From assembly GCA_016933055.1 (NCBI GenBank), contig JAFGBS010000009.1:540001-572000 (forward strand): a stretch of 32,000 nucleotides of DNA, in the 5' to 3' direction. This DNA comes from Promethearchaeota archaeon (GTDB lineage: Archaea; Asgardarchaeota; Lokiarchaeia; Sigyniarchaeales; Promethearchaeaceae). The notes beneath the pieces were generated by a model. That model saw nothing but the letters and a program-made list of their open reading frames with translations, was not told the DNA's origin and searched no databases. Every line of letters begins with the position of its first letter. Position 1 is the stretch's first letter. Below are positions 16,739 through 25,926 of this stretch, in pieces. Both the position numbers and the translations under genes were made by a program.

Positions 16739-18474
16739 CAAATACCGCAACGGTAGCAATTATCTTCACAGCCCACGATTTTTCCCAATTTAGCGAGCTG
16801 TAATTCTTGAGATAAATATCCTTTTTTAAACCCTATATCGATAAGTCGTTGGATAGAATTCATTTGTTTCGATTGAATTGATGAACTTGTCTTTATTGAT
16901 AAATTGAATATATCTTGCGTAGATCTAAGGTATTTCGTAATAATGTAGTCGTTCTTCTTATCAATATTATTGAGATCTACGGGTTTTGCGCCCATATTAT
17001 AAAAATCTAATATTAAATGAGCGAATGTATTATCTAGTTGAGATAAAATCGTCTGCATACGTGCCTCCTTCCAATTTAAAAACTCTACTCCTACATTCGG
17101 TATATTTTGGAGTTCTGATCGAAGAAACTTTTCCGAAGTTCGAAGATATTCCATTTTTGGATCAATATAATGCTCAGTATAATTACTAAATGGAGTAAAT
17201 AATTTGGGAATAAAAGGATTAATGCTTAATTGTATTCCATTTTTAGGTAGAGATTTACCAACCTTTTGAGTTATTTCCTTTATTAAATTAACAATTCCAT
17301 CTAAGTCCTCTCGTTTTTCGAAAGGTAATCCTATCAAAAAGTAAAATTTTATTGATTGAAAACCAAAATTAAAGATTTTTCCGCATTTTTCTATTATTTC
17401 ATTATTGCATATGCCTTTGTTAAGATTATATCTAAGATGATCTGTTCCCGTTTCTGGTGCTATGGTTAAAGATTTCACTCCCCCTTTTCTCAGTATCAAT
17501 AGAGTTTCATCCGTCATTTTATCAATCCTAACAGAAGGAATCATGATTTCGAGGTCTTTTTCTATAATATAGTGACATATCTCACGAAAATTAGGATGAT
17601 CGGTAACAGCTGACCCTATCAGAGTGATTTTTTGTGCACCAGTATGGATAATCGAGTCATCGATTAACTTTTTAATTTGAGGTAATGAACGGTTCCGTAG
17701 CGGTCGGTTTATATAACCCGTTAAACAAAACCTACATCCGTTTGGGCAACCACGATTAATCTCTATCAAAAAAGTCTCACCAAAAACTAAACTATGATTA
17801 GGAGATTGGAACTCGGGTATTATCTGTTTTATTGGGCAGTCAAAATCATCTAAAACCTTGAGTGGAGTACGAAATTTTGGAAAAAAAGATTTTTCGGGAC
17901 TTTCAGAGGATAAATGCTTTAATGCATAATTTGAAACAATAATATTTGGAAGTTTATGAAGCTCGTCGAGTACACGGGATCGCGCGTTTTCCTCACTCAC
18001 CTTCGCTAGGGATTTACACATATCCTCAAAAATGGGTTCCAAATCGCTGAAAATCAGAACATCAATAAATGGTAGTAGAAGTAACGGATTGGATTTCACA
18101 GCAGACCCCCCGGCAATTATAAGTGGAAATTGACTTTCTCCTCGATCCTTTCCCAGGTGAGGAATATGCATATTCTCCATTAACCATAGGACATTCAAGT
18201 AATCTAATTCATAATGAATGGAAAATGCAATAACATCAAAATTATCAATAGTACACCCTGTATCTATGGATTTTAGAGGTATATGCTTATTTTTTTGATT
18301 AGGAAAAAAAAATCGTTCACACCTTATACCTGAGTAACTATTAAACAGAGAATATAATAGGTGGATAGTATAACTCGACATGCCTAATTCGTAGATATTA
18401 GGATAAATTAGGGCAATTCTTGTTCTAATATCTTTAGAAGGTAGAATTAACTTATTTCGTTCTTTGATAAACAC
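16735..18474 (-). CDS. Radical SAM protein with N-terminal B12-binding-like domain
   Basis: CxxxCxxC in EINRGCPNGCRFC; IALIYPNIYELGMSS, IAFSIHYELD, IAGG, SLTIAPETGT, KFYFLIGLP. Confidence 0.9.
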   Translation of the reverse strand: MFIKERNKLILPSKDIRTRIALIYPNIYELGMSSYTIHLLYSLFNSYSGIRCERFFFPNQKNKHIPLKSIDTGCTIDNFDVIAFSIHYELDYLNVLWLMENMHIPHLGKDRGESQFPLIIAGGSAVKSNPLLLLPFIDVLIFSDLEPIFEDMCKSLAKVSEENARSRVLDELHKLPNIIVSNYALKHLSSESPEKSFFPKFRTPLKVLDDFDCPIKQIIPEFQSPNHSLVFGETFLIEINRGCPNGCRFCLTGYINRPLRNRSLPQIKKLIDDSIIHTGAQKITLIGSAVTDHPNFREICHYIIEKDLEIMIPSVRIDKMTDETLLILRKGGVKSLTIAPETGTDHLRYNLNKGICNNEIIEKCGKIFNFGFQSIKFYFLIGLPFEKREDLDGIVNLIKEITQKVGKSLPKNGIQLSINPFIPKLFTPFSNYTEHYIDPKMEYLRTSEKFLRSELQNIPNVGVEFLNWKEARMQTILSQLDNTFAHLILDFYNMGAKPVDLNNIDKKNDYIITKYLRSTQDIFNLSIKTSSSIQSKQMNSIQRLIDIGFKKGYLSQELQLAKLGKIVGCEDNCYRCGIC

Positions 18475-18482
18475 AATCGATC

Positions 18483-19328
18483 CTACTTAAACTTGATTTT
18501 CGTAAATTTCTTCTTTTTAGGTTTCAATTCGCCTTTTTCTTTTTGAATGGATCTTACCTTATTCATGATTTCGGTGAGAATAATGCTGGACTCCCCACGT
18601 ATTACAACAGAGGCACGTTTATCAAAATCAGTTGGGGTTTTATTTATAATAATAAGTTTACCTCCGTATTTTAAAGTATATTTTGGTAGCATGTCTGCGG
18701 GTGAAACTAAAAGAGAAGAACCCACAACAACCATCACATCAGCTTTTTGAGATAAAGCTACGCTTTCGAACCAAATTCCTCTCGGTAACATTTGCTGAAA
18801 TAACACTACATTCAACATCATATAAGCTCCACATTGTGGACAAGTGGGGGGATATTTATCATCTTCTGGTTGGTGGTTTTTTAGTATTGTCTTGATATTA
18901 AATCGCCCGTGACAAGCAACACATTTCATTTCGGTGCCATTTCCATGGATTTCTTGCACAATAACATTTCCGGCTTTTTGATGCAATCCATCAATATTCT
19001 GTGTAATTAATCCTTTTAATAATCCGATTTTATCTAATTCTGCTAATACCAAGTGTCCTTTATTGGGTTTTGCTTTAATTATCTGTGGGGCCATTTCCCG
19101 TGCCATTTGCCAAAACGATGTAGGATCACGAAGAAAATTTTCTAAAGTTGAGATATCGGGAGAATATTTTGACCACAATCCAGTACCGGGACTACGAAAA
19201 TCGGGGATTCCTGACTCTGTAGATACACCTGCTCCTGTTAAGACTACTAAAAATTCTGAATCTGTTATTAATTTTGCAGCTTTTTCAATTTGCTTTGGAT
19301 TGATTTTTCTTCTCTCGGAGATTTTCAT
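18483..19328 (-). CDS. cobB: Sir2-family NAD-dependent protein deacylase
   Basis: TGAGVSTESGIPDFRS, ITQNIDGLHQKAG, EIHG, CxxC..CxxC, VGSSLLVSPA, IINK. Confidence 0.95.
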   Translation of the reverse strand: MKISERRKINPKQIEKAAKLITDSEFLVVLTGAGVSTESGIPDFRSPGTGLWSKYSPDISTLENFLRDPTSFWQMAREMAPQIIKAKPNKGHLVLAELDKIGLLKGLITQNIDGLHQKAGNVIVQEIHGNGTEMKCVACHGRFNIKTILKNHQPEDDKYPPTCPQCGAYMMLNVVLFQQMLPRGIWFESVALSQKADVMVVVGSSLLVSPADMLPKYTLKYGGKLIIINKTPTDFDKRASVVIRGESSIILTEIMNKVRSIQKEKGELKPKKKKFTKIKFK

Positions 19329-19507
19329 TCTTTAGTGATAGTGGGTAGGCTTTCTTAAAAAAAAAACTATTTTAAGTCGGAACTTCATCCCATTTCACAC
19401 GTTAGAAAACATATTAAAGAAAAAATAGGTGATGATTTATTATTCATTTTATTGCTTTAGAATAAATTAATTGATTAAACAAAAAAGAAATAACTCAGGG
19501 ATCGTAC

Positions 19508-22500
19508 ATGGTAAAGTTAGGAGGACGAGCGATAAACATAGGTTTAAGCGTCTTATTTGGCATCATTGCAGTCTTTTTGATTCTAAGGATATGGAGATAC
19601 CTACGTAATGAATTAAAAACCGCTCCTAGGCAAAGAATTCGAGATCGGTTTTGGATCACTTTTTCCATGTTGTTGTTTTCAGTAATCCTCACAGCAGTAA
19701 TATTGTTTATTGCGGCGATGATCTCCTCAACAGTGATATCTAATCGAGCGTACTTGGGAAAGCAAGGAATACTTTCCCTTTTAGATCCTCAATTAATTAA
19801 TGCTTTTGAATTTCCATTATTACTTCCCTCCACATTAGTGGGCTTAGGTATATTTATCGTCATTTATCCCTTTGGAGAACTCTTTTACATGGGTCAAAAA
19901 ACCAATGATGGAGCCATGGAAATTCAAAAATGGGTCGAAAAAAACATAATTGATAGATTTCAACCCCCATGGAGTTACATGGTGGGAATTTTAACGTTTT
20001 TTGTCATTTACTTGATACCTCCTTATCTCATTACTCGATTATTACCCGTTATGTATTCAAGTGTAGGATCTGACATGTTGAACCATCCTCTTTCGATATA
20101 TTTTGTTTTTCTCGATTGGTTTATGTTATTTCCTATAATATACTTGACCTACTATGCCACTATAGGAACTTCTCAAGCACTTTTCATCGGATTAAAACGT
20201 AATTTACGCAAAGCTGAACGAAAACGAATTTTTTATTTGATCACTGCCTTCATCGCGATAATTACAACCATTTTAAACTTGATAAATTATATTCCCCTTC
20301 TTTTTAGACCGGGGAGTTTAACTACCGAAATAAGCCAAGCTGGTGAGGGAGCTATTGGATTTCTCCAACGTGAAATAGGAAGACTTCTTAACACTGTTTT
20401 TGGACAAGGGGCAGAGGATATTTGGTATCTTTTTTCCATCGTAGTTCCCTTAGATCTGTTTATTTTTTTCTTATCCACCATGATTTTTGCCCTTGTAGGA
20501 TTCTTTTCAAAATTCCTTAATAAGGAACCTTTAAATCGCCCGATTCTCGTATTATTTGCTGCAAACATCTTGTGTGGTATTCCGTTTCAAATATTCGGAT
20601 TCATCATAACAAAATGGCCGTGGGTTTTTCCTGTTCAAAATGCTTATTTTTCTATACCTGCAATAGATGTAAATACTGCTCGAATTTTCATCCCTGCTGT
20701 CACTATTGACAAAATTTTCATGGCAATCTTCCTCATTTACCAACTATTCTTCAACAAAAATCTGCGTCAAACCGTGAATGAACTTTCCATCTCGCAAGCG
20801 ATTGCGGATAAAGAAGTTAAAGTATTGCTCAAATATGCTCATAACAAAGATTCACGAATTAGAAGATTAGTATTGGAAGCTGTGGGACATATATGTGAGA
20901 CATACCCCGATGAAATTGAAGATTTTTTATCAGTATTTTACGAATTGGCTGGTGATCATGATTCAGAAGTGATTCGGGCAATAGGTCCGGCAGTAAAATT
21001 CATTAGTTTTCGAGGAACTCCAGAAAATCTTGTGCCTATCCTTCAAATCGCATTTGGCACGGAGCAAGATGTTAGCATCTCGGAAATGCAAAAAGTATTA
21101 CTAGAACTCGGAAGAACAAATCCTGAAAAAGTTCAAAGTATTTACGAGAATTTGTATGAGGGATATTTACCAGACAAGGCGAAAGACGCCATGGTTAGTG
21201 TCCTACATACATTAGGGGATATTTTCCCTGAACTTTCTTATAATATTGCGATTCCTTTACTTGAGCGAAAGACATTGAGAATTCGACAAGGTGCAATGCA
21301 AATCATCAAAAATCTCATTCATGATTTTAAACCTAAATTTCGTTCTTTATACGATAAAATGAAAGAGATCGCTGATAACAGAAAAGAACCCTTACGAGGG
21401 GCTGCAATTGAAGCTATGGCTTACATTTGCTCAGTTAACGGTGCTTATATCGATGAATTTTTGCATGACTACAAAGAATTTATCGGATTAGAAGATGAAG
21501 ATCTAAAGCAAGTTATTGGTGGATTAACCCAGATCATAATTTCCTTTCCCGAGTATATTGATAGGGTCTTTCCCCAAATTGCTACTGGGTTTTCAGATTT
21601 TCATCCAGAATTAAAAGGGGATATAATTATCACTCTAGGCGTTATTTCTATGCATACTTCGCTTGAATTCTATCTTGCCAATATACACTCCCATTTTCTA
21701 AAGATTATCAATGAACCAAAATATCGAAAAATATTATTAAATACACTCAGATTTCTCTTTAAAGCTCGCTTAGAATTATTTAATATAGAACAATGTCGAA
21801 ATTTATTATCGTCATTTCTACTAGATAAGGATACAGAAACCCGAAAAGATAGTGTAAATATTATTAACTCAATAGATTTTATTTACTCATTTAATATATA
21901 TCTGGAAACTTTACGTAAATCCGAGAAACGAGAGGATAAAATCTTTCTATTATCATCCATGAATGAATTACTAGATTCCCATTATTTAACTCGAGATATT
22001 TTAGATGAATCTCTTTCCCAATATTTTTTTAAAGTTCTCACTGCTATTGATGTGGAAGACTCAGGAATATTGCCCTTGGTGACAAAACTTCTGTGTAATT
22101 TAAGTCAATATTCTAATCCTTTGACAGTAATTTCATATGCATTTTTAGACTCCGTTCTACAAGGGAATAATGATCATGCAACTTCCTACGTTTTGAGTTA
22201 TTTCGGAAAACTAATAGTTCAGTTACAATTGAATCCGAATAAATATCAAATAAAAATGAACTATCGTCAATTCATTGATGAAGTAAAACATTTTGCAGAA
22301 AATGATCAAATGCCGAATTCTCAGATCTCAGCATTTTATACGCTTACATTACTTTACAATAATGATTATAATCTCGGAATCGAATTTTATAACTTCTGTT
22401 ATTCGCATCGAAATACGAAGGGAACTGAGAATCGCTCTACAATTTTAAAATTACTGACAAATATTGCATGCAACACACCTGAGGTGTTTTTTAAGCAGTT

Positions 22501-23779
22501 CCAAGAGCAAGATGTGCGATGGTTGGATCCCTCTCGATTGGAATTAGAAATTTTGCCTCTAATAATGAAAAATTTGGATACTATTGACAAACTAGAAGAA
22601 TCTGTAGTATACAGTGTTAGTTTACTTACCAATACCTACGGAACCTCTCAAATCCTCAAGGAATTTCTAGTTCAAGCAATTCGTAAAATAAGGAAATCTA
22701 TTAATCAGCGAGTGAATATGATAAATTGTCTTATTCAAATCCCCGATATTGAATGGGATATCCGAATTATTCGTAAAATTATTTCATATACTAATTCATC
22801 GAACCCACAAATCCGTGAAGCGAGTTTAAAGGCATTGGTGATGGTACTAGACAAAATTAAACCATTGGAGAAATATCACGATATCACAAAATTAACTCAT
22901 CAGAGATCTGTGAATCTTCTTATTAATGCAATTATGCAAAGAAAGTTTGCGCGTGATAAGGACGATGAAGTAAGATCAGTGTTCATCCGCATTGCTCGCG
23001 ATATTGCAATTAAAAATCCAGATTTCAATGTACCTATGTTGTTTATCCGTGATCTTGGTGTTGATAAATCGTATATAATTTCAAGTCAAGCAATTTCTGC
23101 ATATTTCAAATACATAAAAACCTATCCGGAGAAACTTGAAACAACTGCAGGATATTTGCGATTATTTGCAAATTCAAAGTACACACATACCAAAAACTTA
23201 ATTTTAGAGAATATTACTCAATTGGACTATACGGGATCAGAATTGACATATGTACTACCCACACTCTTGAAACTCGCAGAAGATAGTGACTCAAGAATAC
23301 GTAATAAAAGTTTGAAAATTTATCAAGAGATTTACCGGAATACGACTGATAAATTGTTCGATTTTATTGAACTTTTAGTCCGGGTCACTCGGAAAAAAGA
23401 TCCTCGTATACGAATCGATTCACTAAATATAATATCAGAAATAGCATTTGAATTTCCTGAGGAAGTTTCTAAACGTAATCTTGTATTTGAGATGTTTACT
23501 CAACTTTCTAAGGACAATGACTCAGTAGTAAAACGAATGGTCTCAGAGAAACTTGAAAATATGATTAAAATCTTCCCAGAACATCTGAACATTGTGTTAC
23601 GTATGTTATATTCATTAATCCGCGAAAGTGATCGGAAAACATTCTTTAACTGTATTGAATCATTGCGTTATGTATTGTTACTCTATCCCGAACAGCGAAA
23701 AATCATCAGAGATGCAATCCAACGATTCTACAAGAGAACAGCGCATCCTGCGTTGGAAAAACTCCTTGAGGAATTTTAA
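19508..23779 (+). CDS. 1423-aa polytopic membrane protein with C-terminal HEAT-repeat solenoid
   Basis: About 8-9 hydrophobic segments in the first ~415 aa, then recurring D-x-D-x2-(V/I)R HEAT motifs. Confidence 0.9.
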   Translation: MVKLGGRAINIGLSVLFGIIAVFLILRIWRYLRNELKTAPRQRIRDRFWITFSMLLFSVILTAVILFIAAMISSTVISNRAYLGKQGILSLLDPQLINAFEFPLLLPSTLVGLGIFIVIYPFGELFYMGQKTNDGAMEIQKWVEKNIIDRFQPPWSYMVGILTFFVIYLIPPYLITRLLPVMYSSVGSDMLNHPLSIYFVFLDWFMLFPIIYLTYYATIGTSQALFIGLKRNLRKAERKRIFYLITAFIAIITTILNLINYIPLLFRPGSLTTEISQAGEGAIGFLQREIGRLLNTVFGQGAEDIWYLFSIVVPLDLFIFFLSTMIFALVGFFSKFLNKEPLNRPILVLFAANILCGIPFQIFGFIITKWPWVFPVQNAYFSIPAIDVNTARIFIPAVTIDKIFMAIFLIYQLFFNKNLRQTVNELSISQAIADKEVKVLLKYAHNKDSRIRRLVLEAVGHICETYPDEIEDFLSVFYELAGDHDSEVIRAIGPAVKFISFRGTPENLVPILQIAFGTEQDVSISEMQKVLLELGRTNPEKVQSIYENLYEGYLPDKAKDAMVSVLHTLGDIFPELSYNIAIPLLERKTLRIRQGAMQIIKNLIHDFKPKFRSLYDKMKEIADNRKEPLRGAAIEAMAYICSVNGAYIDEFLHDYKEFIGLEDEDLKQVIGGLTQIIISFPEYIDRVFPQIATGFSDFHPELKGDIIITLGVISMHTSLEFYLANIHSHFLKIINEPKYRKILLNTLRFLFKARLELFNIEQCRNLLSSFLLDKDTETRKDSVNIINSIDFIYSFNIYLETLRKSEKREDKIFLLSSMNELLDSHYLTRDILDESLSQYFFKVLTAIDVEDSGILPLVTKLLCNLSQYSNPLTVISYAFLDSVLQGNNDHATSYVLSYFGKLIVQLQLNPNKYQIKMNYRQFIDEVKHFAENDQMPNSQISAFYTLTLLYNNDYNLGIEFYNFCYSHRNTKGTENRSTILKLLTNIACNTPEVFFKQFQEQDVRWLDPSRLELEILPLIMKNLDTIDKLEESVVYSVSLLTNTYGTSQILKEFLVQAIRKIRKSINQRVNMINCLIQIPDIEWDIRIIRKIISYTNSSNPQIREASLKALVMVLDKIKPLEKYHDITKLTHQRSVNLLINAIMQRKFARDKDDEVRSVFIRIARDIAIKNPDFNVPMLFIRDLGVDKSYIISSQAISAYFKYIKTYPEKLETTAGYLRLFANSKYTHTKNLILENITQLDYTGSELTYVLPTLLKLAEDSDSRIRNKSLKIYQEIYRNTTDKLFDFIELLVRVTRKKDPRIRIDSLNIISEIAFEFPEEVSKRNLVFEMFTQLSKDNDSVVKRMVSEKLENMIKIFPEHLNIVLRMLYSLIRESDRKTFFNCIESLRYVLLLYPEQRKIIRDAIQRFYKRTAHPALEKLLEEF

Positions 23780-23895
23780 AATCATTTTTCCTTTTTTTTT
23801 GTTTACAGAGTTCCCCAAGTTTTCTAAATTCGATCCAATAAACTTAATTTAGGGTATATCGAAAGGTAGAATACTACTAAAAGGAATAGTTGAAA

Positions 23896-24759
23896 ATGGG
23901 AATAATGGAAGGAAAAATCGCATTAGTTGCAGGAAATCTTGGTAAACTAAAAAATGATAAATTTATATTAGATCTTGGTGGTTATATTGCGAAATATCTT
24001 GCAGATGAAGGCGCCAATGTCATAGTTATTGACTTAGAAGAAGGAATAACTAAAAGTTGTGTTAAACATTTAGGTCATACCAAAATAAAAGCAAAAACTT
24101 GTGACTTACTGAAAGATCGGGCATATGAAACGAAGAATTTTGAAGAAGATGGTCGAGTTAAAACCGATGTTATCTGGACCGATAGTCCAGCACACACATT
24201 AATCAAGGAAATTATTGACGAATACGGAAAATTGGATGCACTTGTTACCAATTTTGATTATTACGAAAAAGAAAAAATTTTGGATATAACTGAAGAATCA
24301 TACGCTAAAATGCGTGAGCTAAATGTTATACCTGTATTTCATCTTTTGGCAGCGGTTAGAGAACAATTTTCAGCACAGACGAAAACGACAGGTTCATTTG
24401 CCAAGGTAGTAATTTTAACTAATATGGTAGGAAAAGCAGGATTAAATATGGCTGCTGTATACAGTGCTTTCAAAGCATCCATGATTGGTTTAACCAAAAA
24501 TACCGCAAGAGAATTTGGACGTTTTGCAAGCGTAAATGCAGTTGCTATGGCTCCATTAGGGGGAAAAAGTATGCAGGGTCCAAAAGAAAGAGCTAAAAAA
24601 GTCTTTGCCCTTATAACAAGCACTGCAATGGGCAATTTAAGTATTATGCCAGAGCATATTACTCCTCTAGTAGGATTTTTGTGCTCAGATGGTGCTGCTG
24701 CAATAACTGGACAAACTATCAGTATAGATGGAGGATTATGGCTCAAATTAGAGCAATAG
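23896..24759 (+). CDS. Atypical SDR family oxidoreductase
   Basis: GKIALVAG, YGKLDALVTN, YSAFK (YxxxK), VNAVA, ITGQTISIDGG; canonical TGxxxGIG is disrupted. Confidence 0.88.
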   Translation: MGIMEGKIALVAGNLGKLKNDKFILDLGGYIAKYLADEGANVIVIDLEEGITKSCVKHLGHTKIKAKTCDLLKDRAYETKNFEEDGRVKTDVIWTDSPAHTLIKEIIDEYGKLDALVTNFDYYEKEKILDITEESYAKMRELNVIPVFHLLAAVREQFSAQTKTTGSFAKVVILTNMVGKAGLNMAAVYSAFKASMIGLTKNTAREFGRFASVNAVAMAPLGGKSMQGPKERAKKVFALITSTAMGNLSIMPEHITPLVGFLCSDGAAAITGQTISIDGGLWLKLEQ

Positions 24760-24771
24760 GAGTGGATCATT

Positions 24772-25566
24772 ATGGAAAATTTACTTAAAGGAAAAATAGC
24801 AATAATTACTGGTTCAGGACGAGGAATTGGTAAAGCAATTGCTGAATTATTTGTTGAACAAGGAGCAAAAGTCACAGTTAATGATATAGATACAGATGTA
24901 TGTAACCAAACTGCTGCTGAAATCAACGAGAAATATCCCAATTGTGCAATCTCATGTGTTGCTGATGTAACGAATAAAGAACAAGTTCAAAAAATGGTTG
25001 ATGATACAATCGCAAAATTCGGAGATATTGATATTCTCGTAAACAATGCCGGATTAACTCGAGATGCGTTGATTCATAAGATGGATGATAAATTAATGCG
25101 TTTAATAATAGATATTAATCTTAAAGGAACAATTCTCTGTACTCAAGCTGTACTTCCCAATATGTTGAAAGAAGAGAGAGATTACCAATTTAAAAAAATC
25201 GTAAATTTTGCATCAACAACAGGTGTGAGTGGAAATATTGGGCAAACTAATTATGCAGTAGCTAAGGGTGGGGTTATAGGTTTTACTAAAGCATGTGCTA
25301 GAGAATATTCCCTCAACCGAATCTGTGTAAATAGCGTTGCCCCATCTTTTATCGAAACACGCATGACTCAAGAAAAAAAACCTGGTGATAAGCTTGGTAT
25401 TCCAAAAGCGATGCGAGATCTTATCATAAATGGGATTCCATTCGCTCGAGATGGTCGTGGGGGGCTTCCTTTGGACGTTGCTAAACTTTGCTTGTTTTTC
25501 TCTTCCACTTTAAGCGATTGGATCACGGGGCAACTATTAACATGCGATGGTGGAACCCATATTTAA
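24772..25566 (+). CDS. Classical SDR, 3-oxoacyl-ACP/CoA reductase (FabG-like)
   Basis: TGSGRGIG, ILVNNAG, YAVAK, VNSVAP, ITGQLLTCDGG; AGGAG ribosome-binding site upstream. Confidence 0.93.
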   Translation: MENLLKGKIAIITGSGRGIGKAIAELFVEQGAKVTVNDIDTDVCNQTAAEINEKYPNCAISCVADVTNKEQVQKMVDDTIAKFGDIDILVNNAGLTRDALIHKMDDKLMRLIIDINLKGTILCTQAVLPNMLKEERDYQFKKIVNFASTTGVSGNIGQTNYAVAKGGVIGFTKACAREYSLNRICVNSVAPSFIETRMTQEKKPGDKLGIPKAMRDLIINGIPFARDGRGGLPLDVAKLCLFFSSTLSDWITGQLLTCDGGTHI

Positions 25567-25627
25567 ATAAAATCCTCTTTTTTTATTTTTCATTGAGTTT
25601 TAATTTATAGTTTCCAACTAAAATTTC

Positions 25628-25892
25628 GATAAGATAACTATTAAGCAATTTTCGCCTTTTCCTTAGATGAGAAAACAGATCAGAAAATCAAGATATTATA
25701 TGTTGCAAAACTATGTTTATTCTTCTCATCAACCTTAAGTGACTGGATTACAGGTCAGTTGCTGATCCGTGATGGTGCTGCATTTATATAATTTATTTTT
25801 TTTTTCCCCTTGTGGGACTTAATTTCTTTATAAACTTTCTAATGGATATTTCTATAGATAAGATATTAAGCAATTTTCAACTTTTCCTTAAG
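25628..25892 (+). repeat. Imperfect direct repeat (25628-25666 and 25857-25892)
   Basis: GATAAGATAACTATTAAGCAATTTTCGCCTTTTCCTTAG versus GATAAGATATTAAGCAATTTTCAACTTTTCCTTAAG, each about 60 nt downstream of an SDR-type stop. Confidence 0.85.
25696..25791 (+). pseudogene. Start-less duplicate of the last ~31 codons of the SDR gene
   Basis: Translates LYVAKLCLFFSSTLSDWITGQLLIRDGAAFI*, versus LDVAKLCLFFSSTLSDWITGQLLTCDGGTHI* in the intact gene. Confidence 0.82.
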
Positions 25893-25926
25893 TGTACAAA
25901 CAGAAGATTTTAGAGCTGATTAATGA

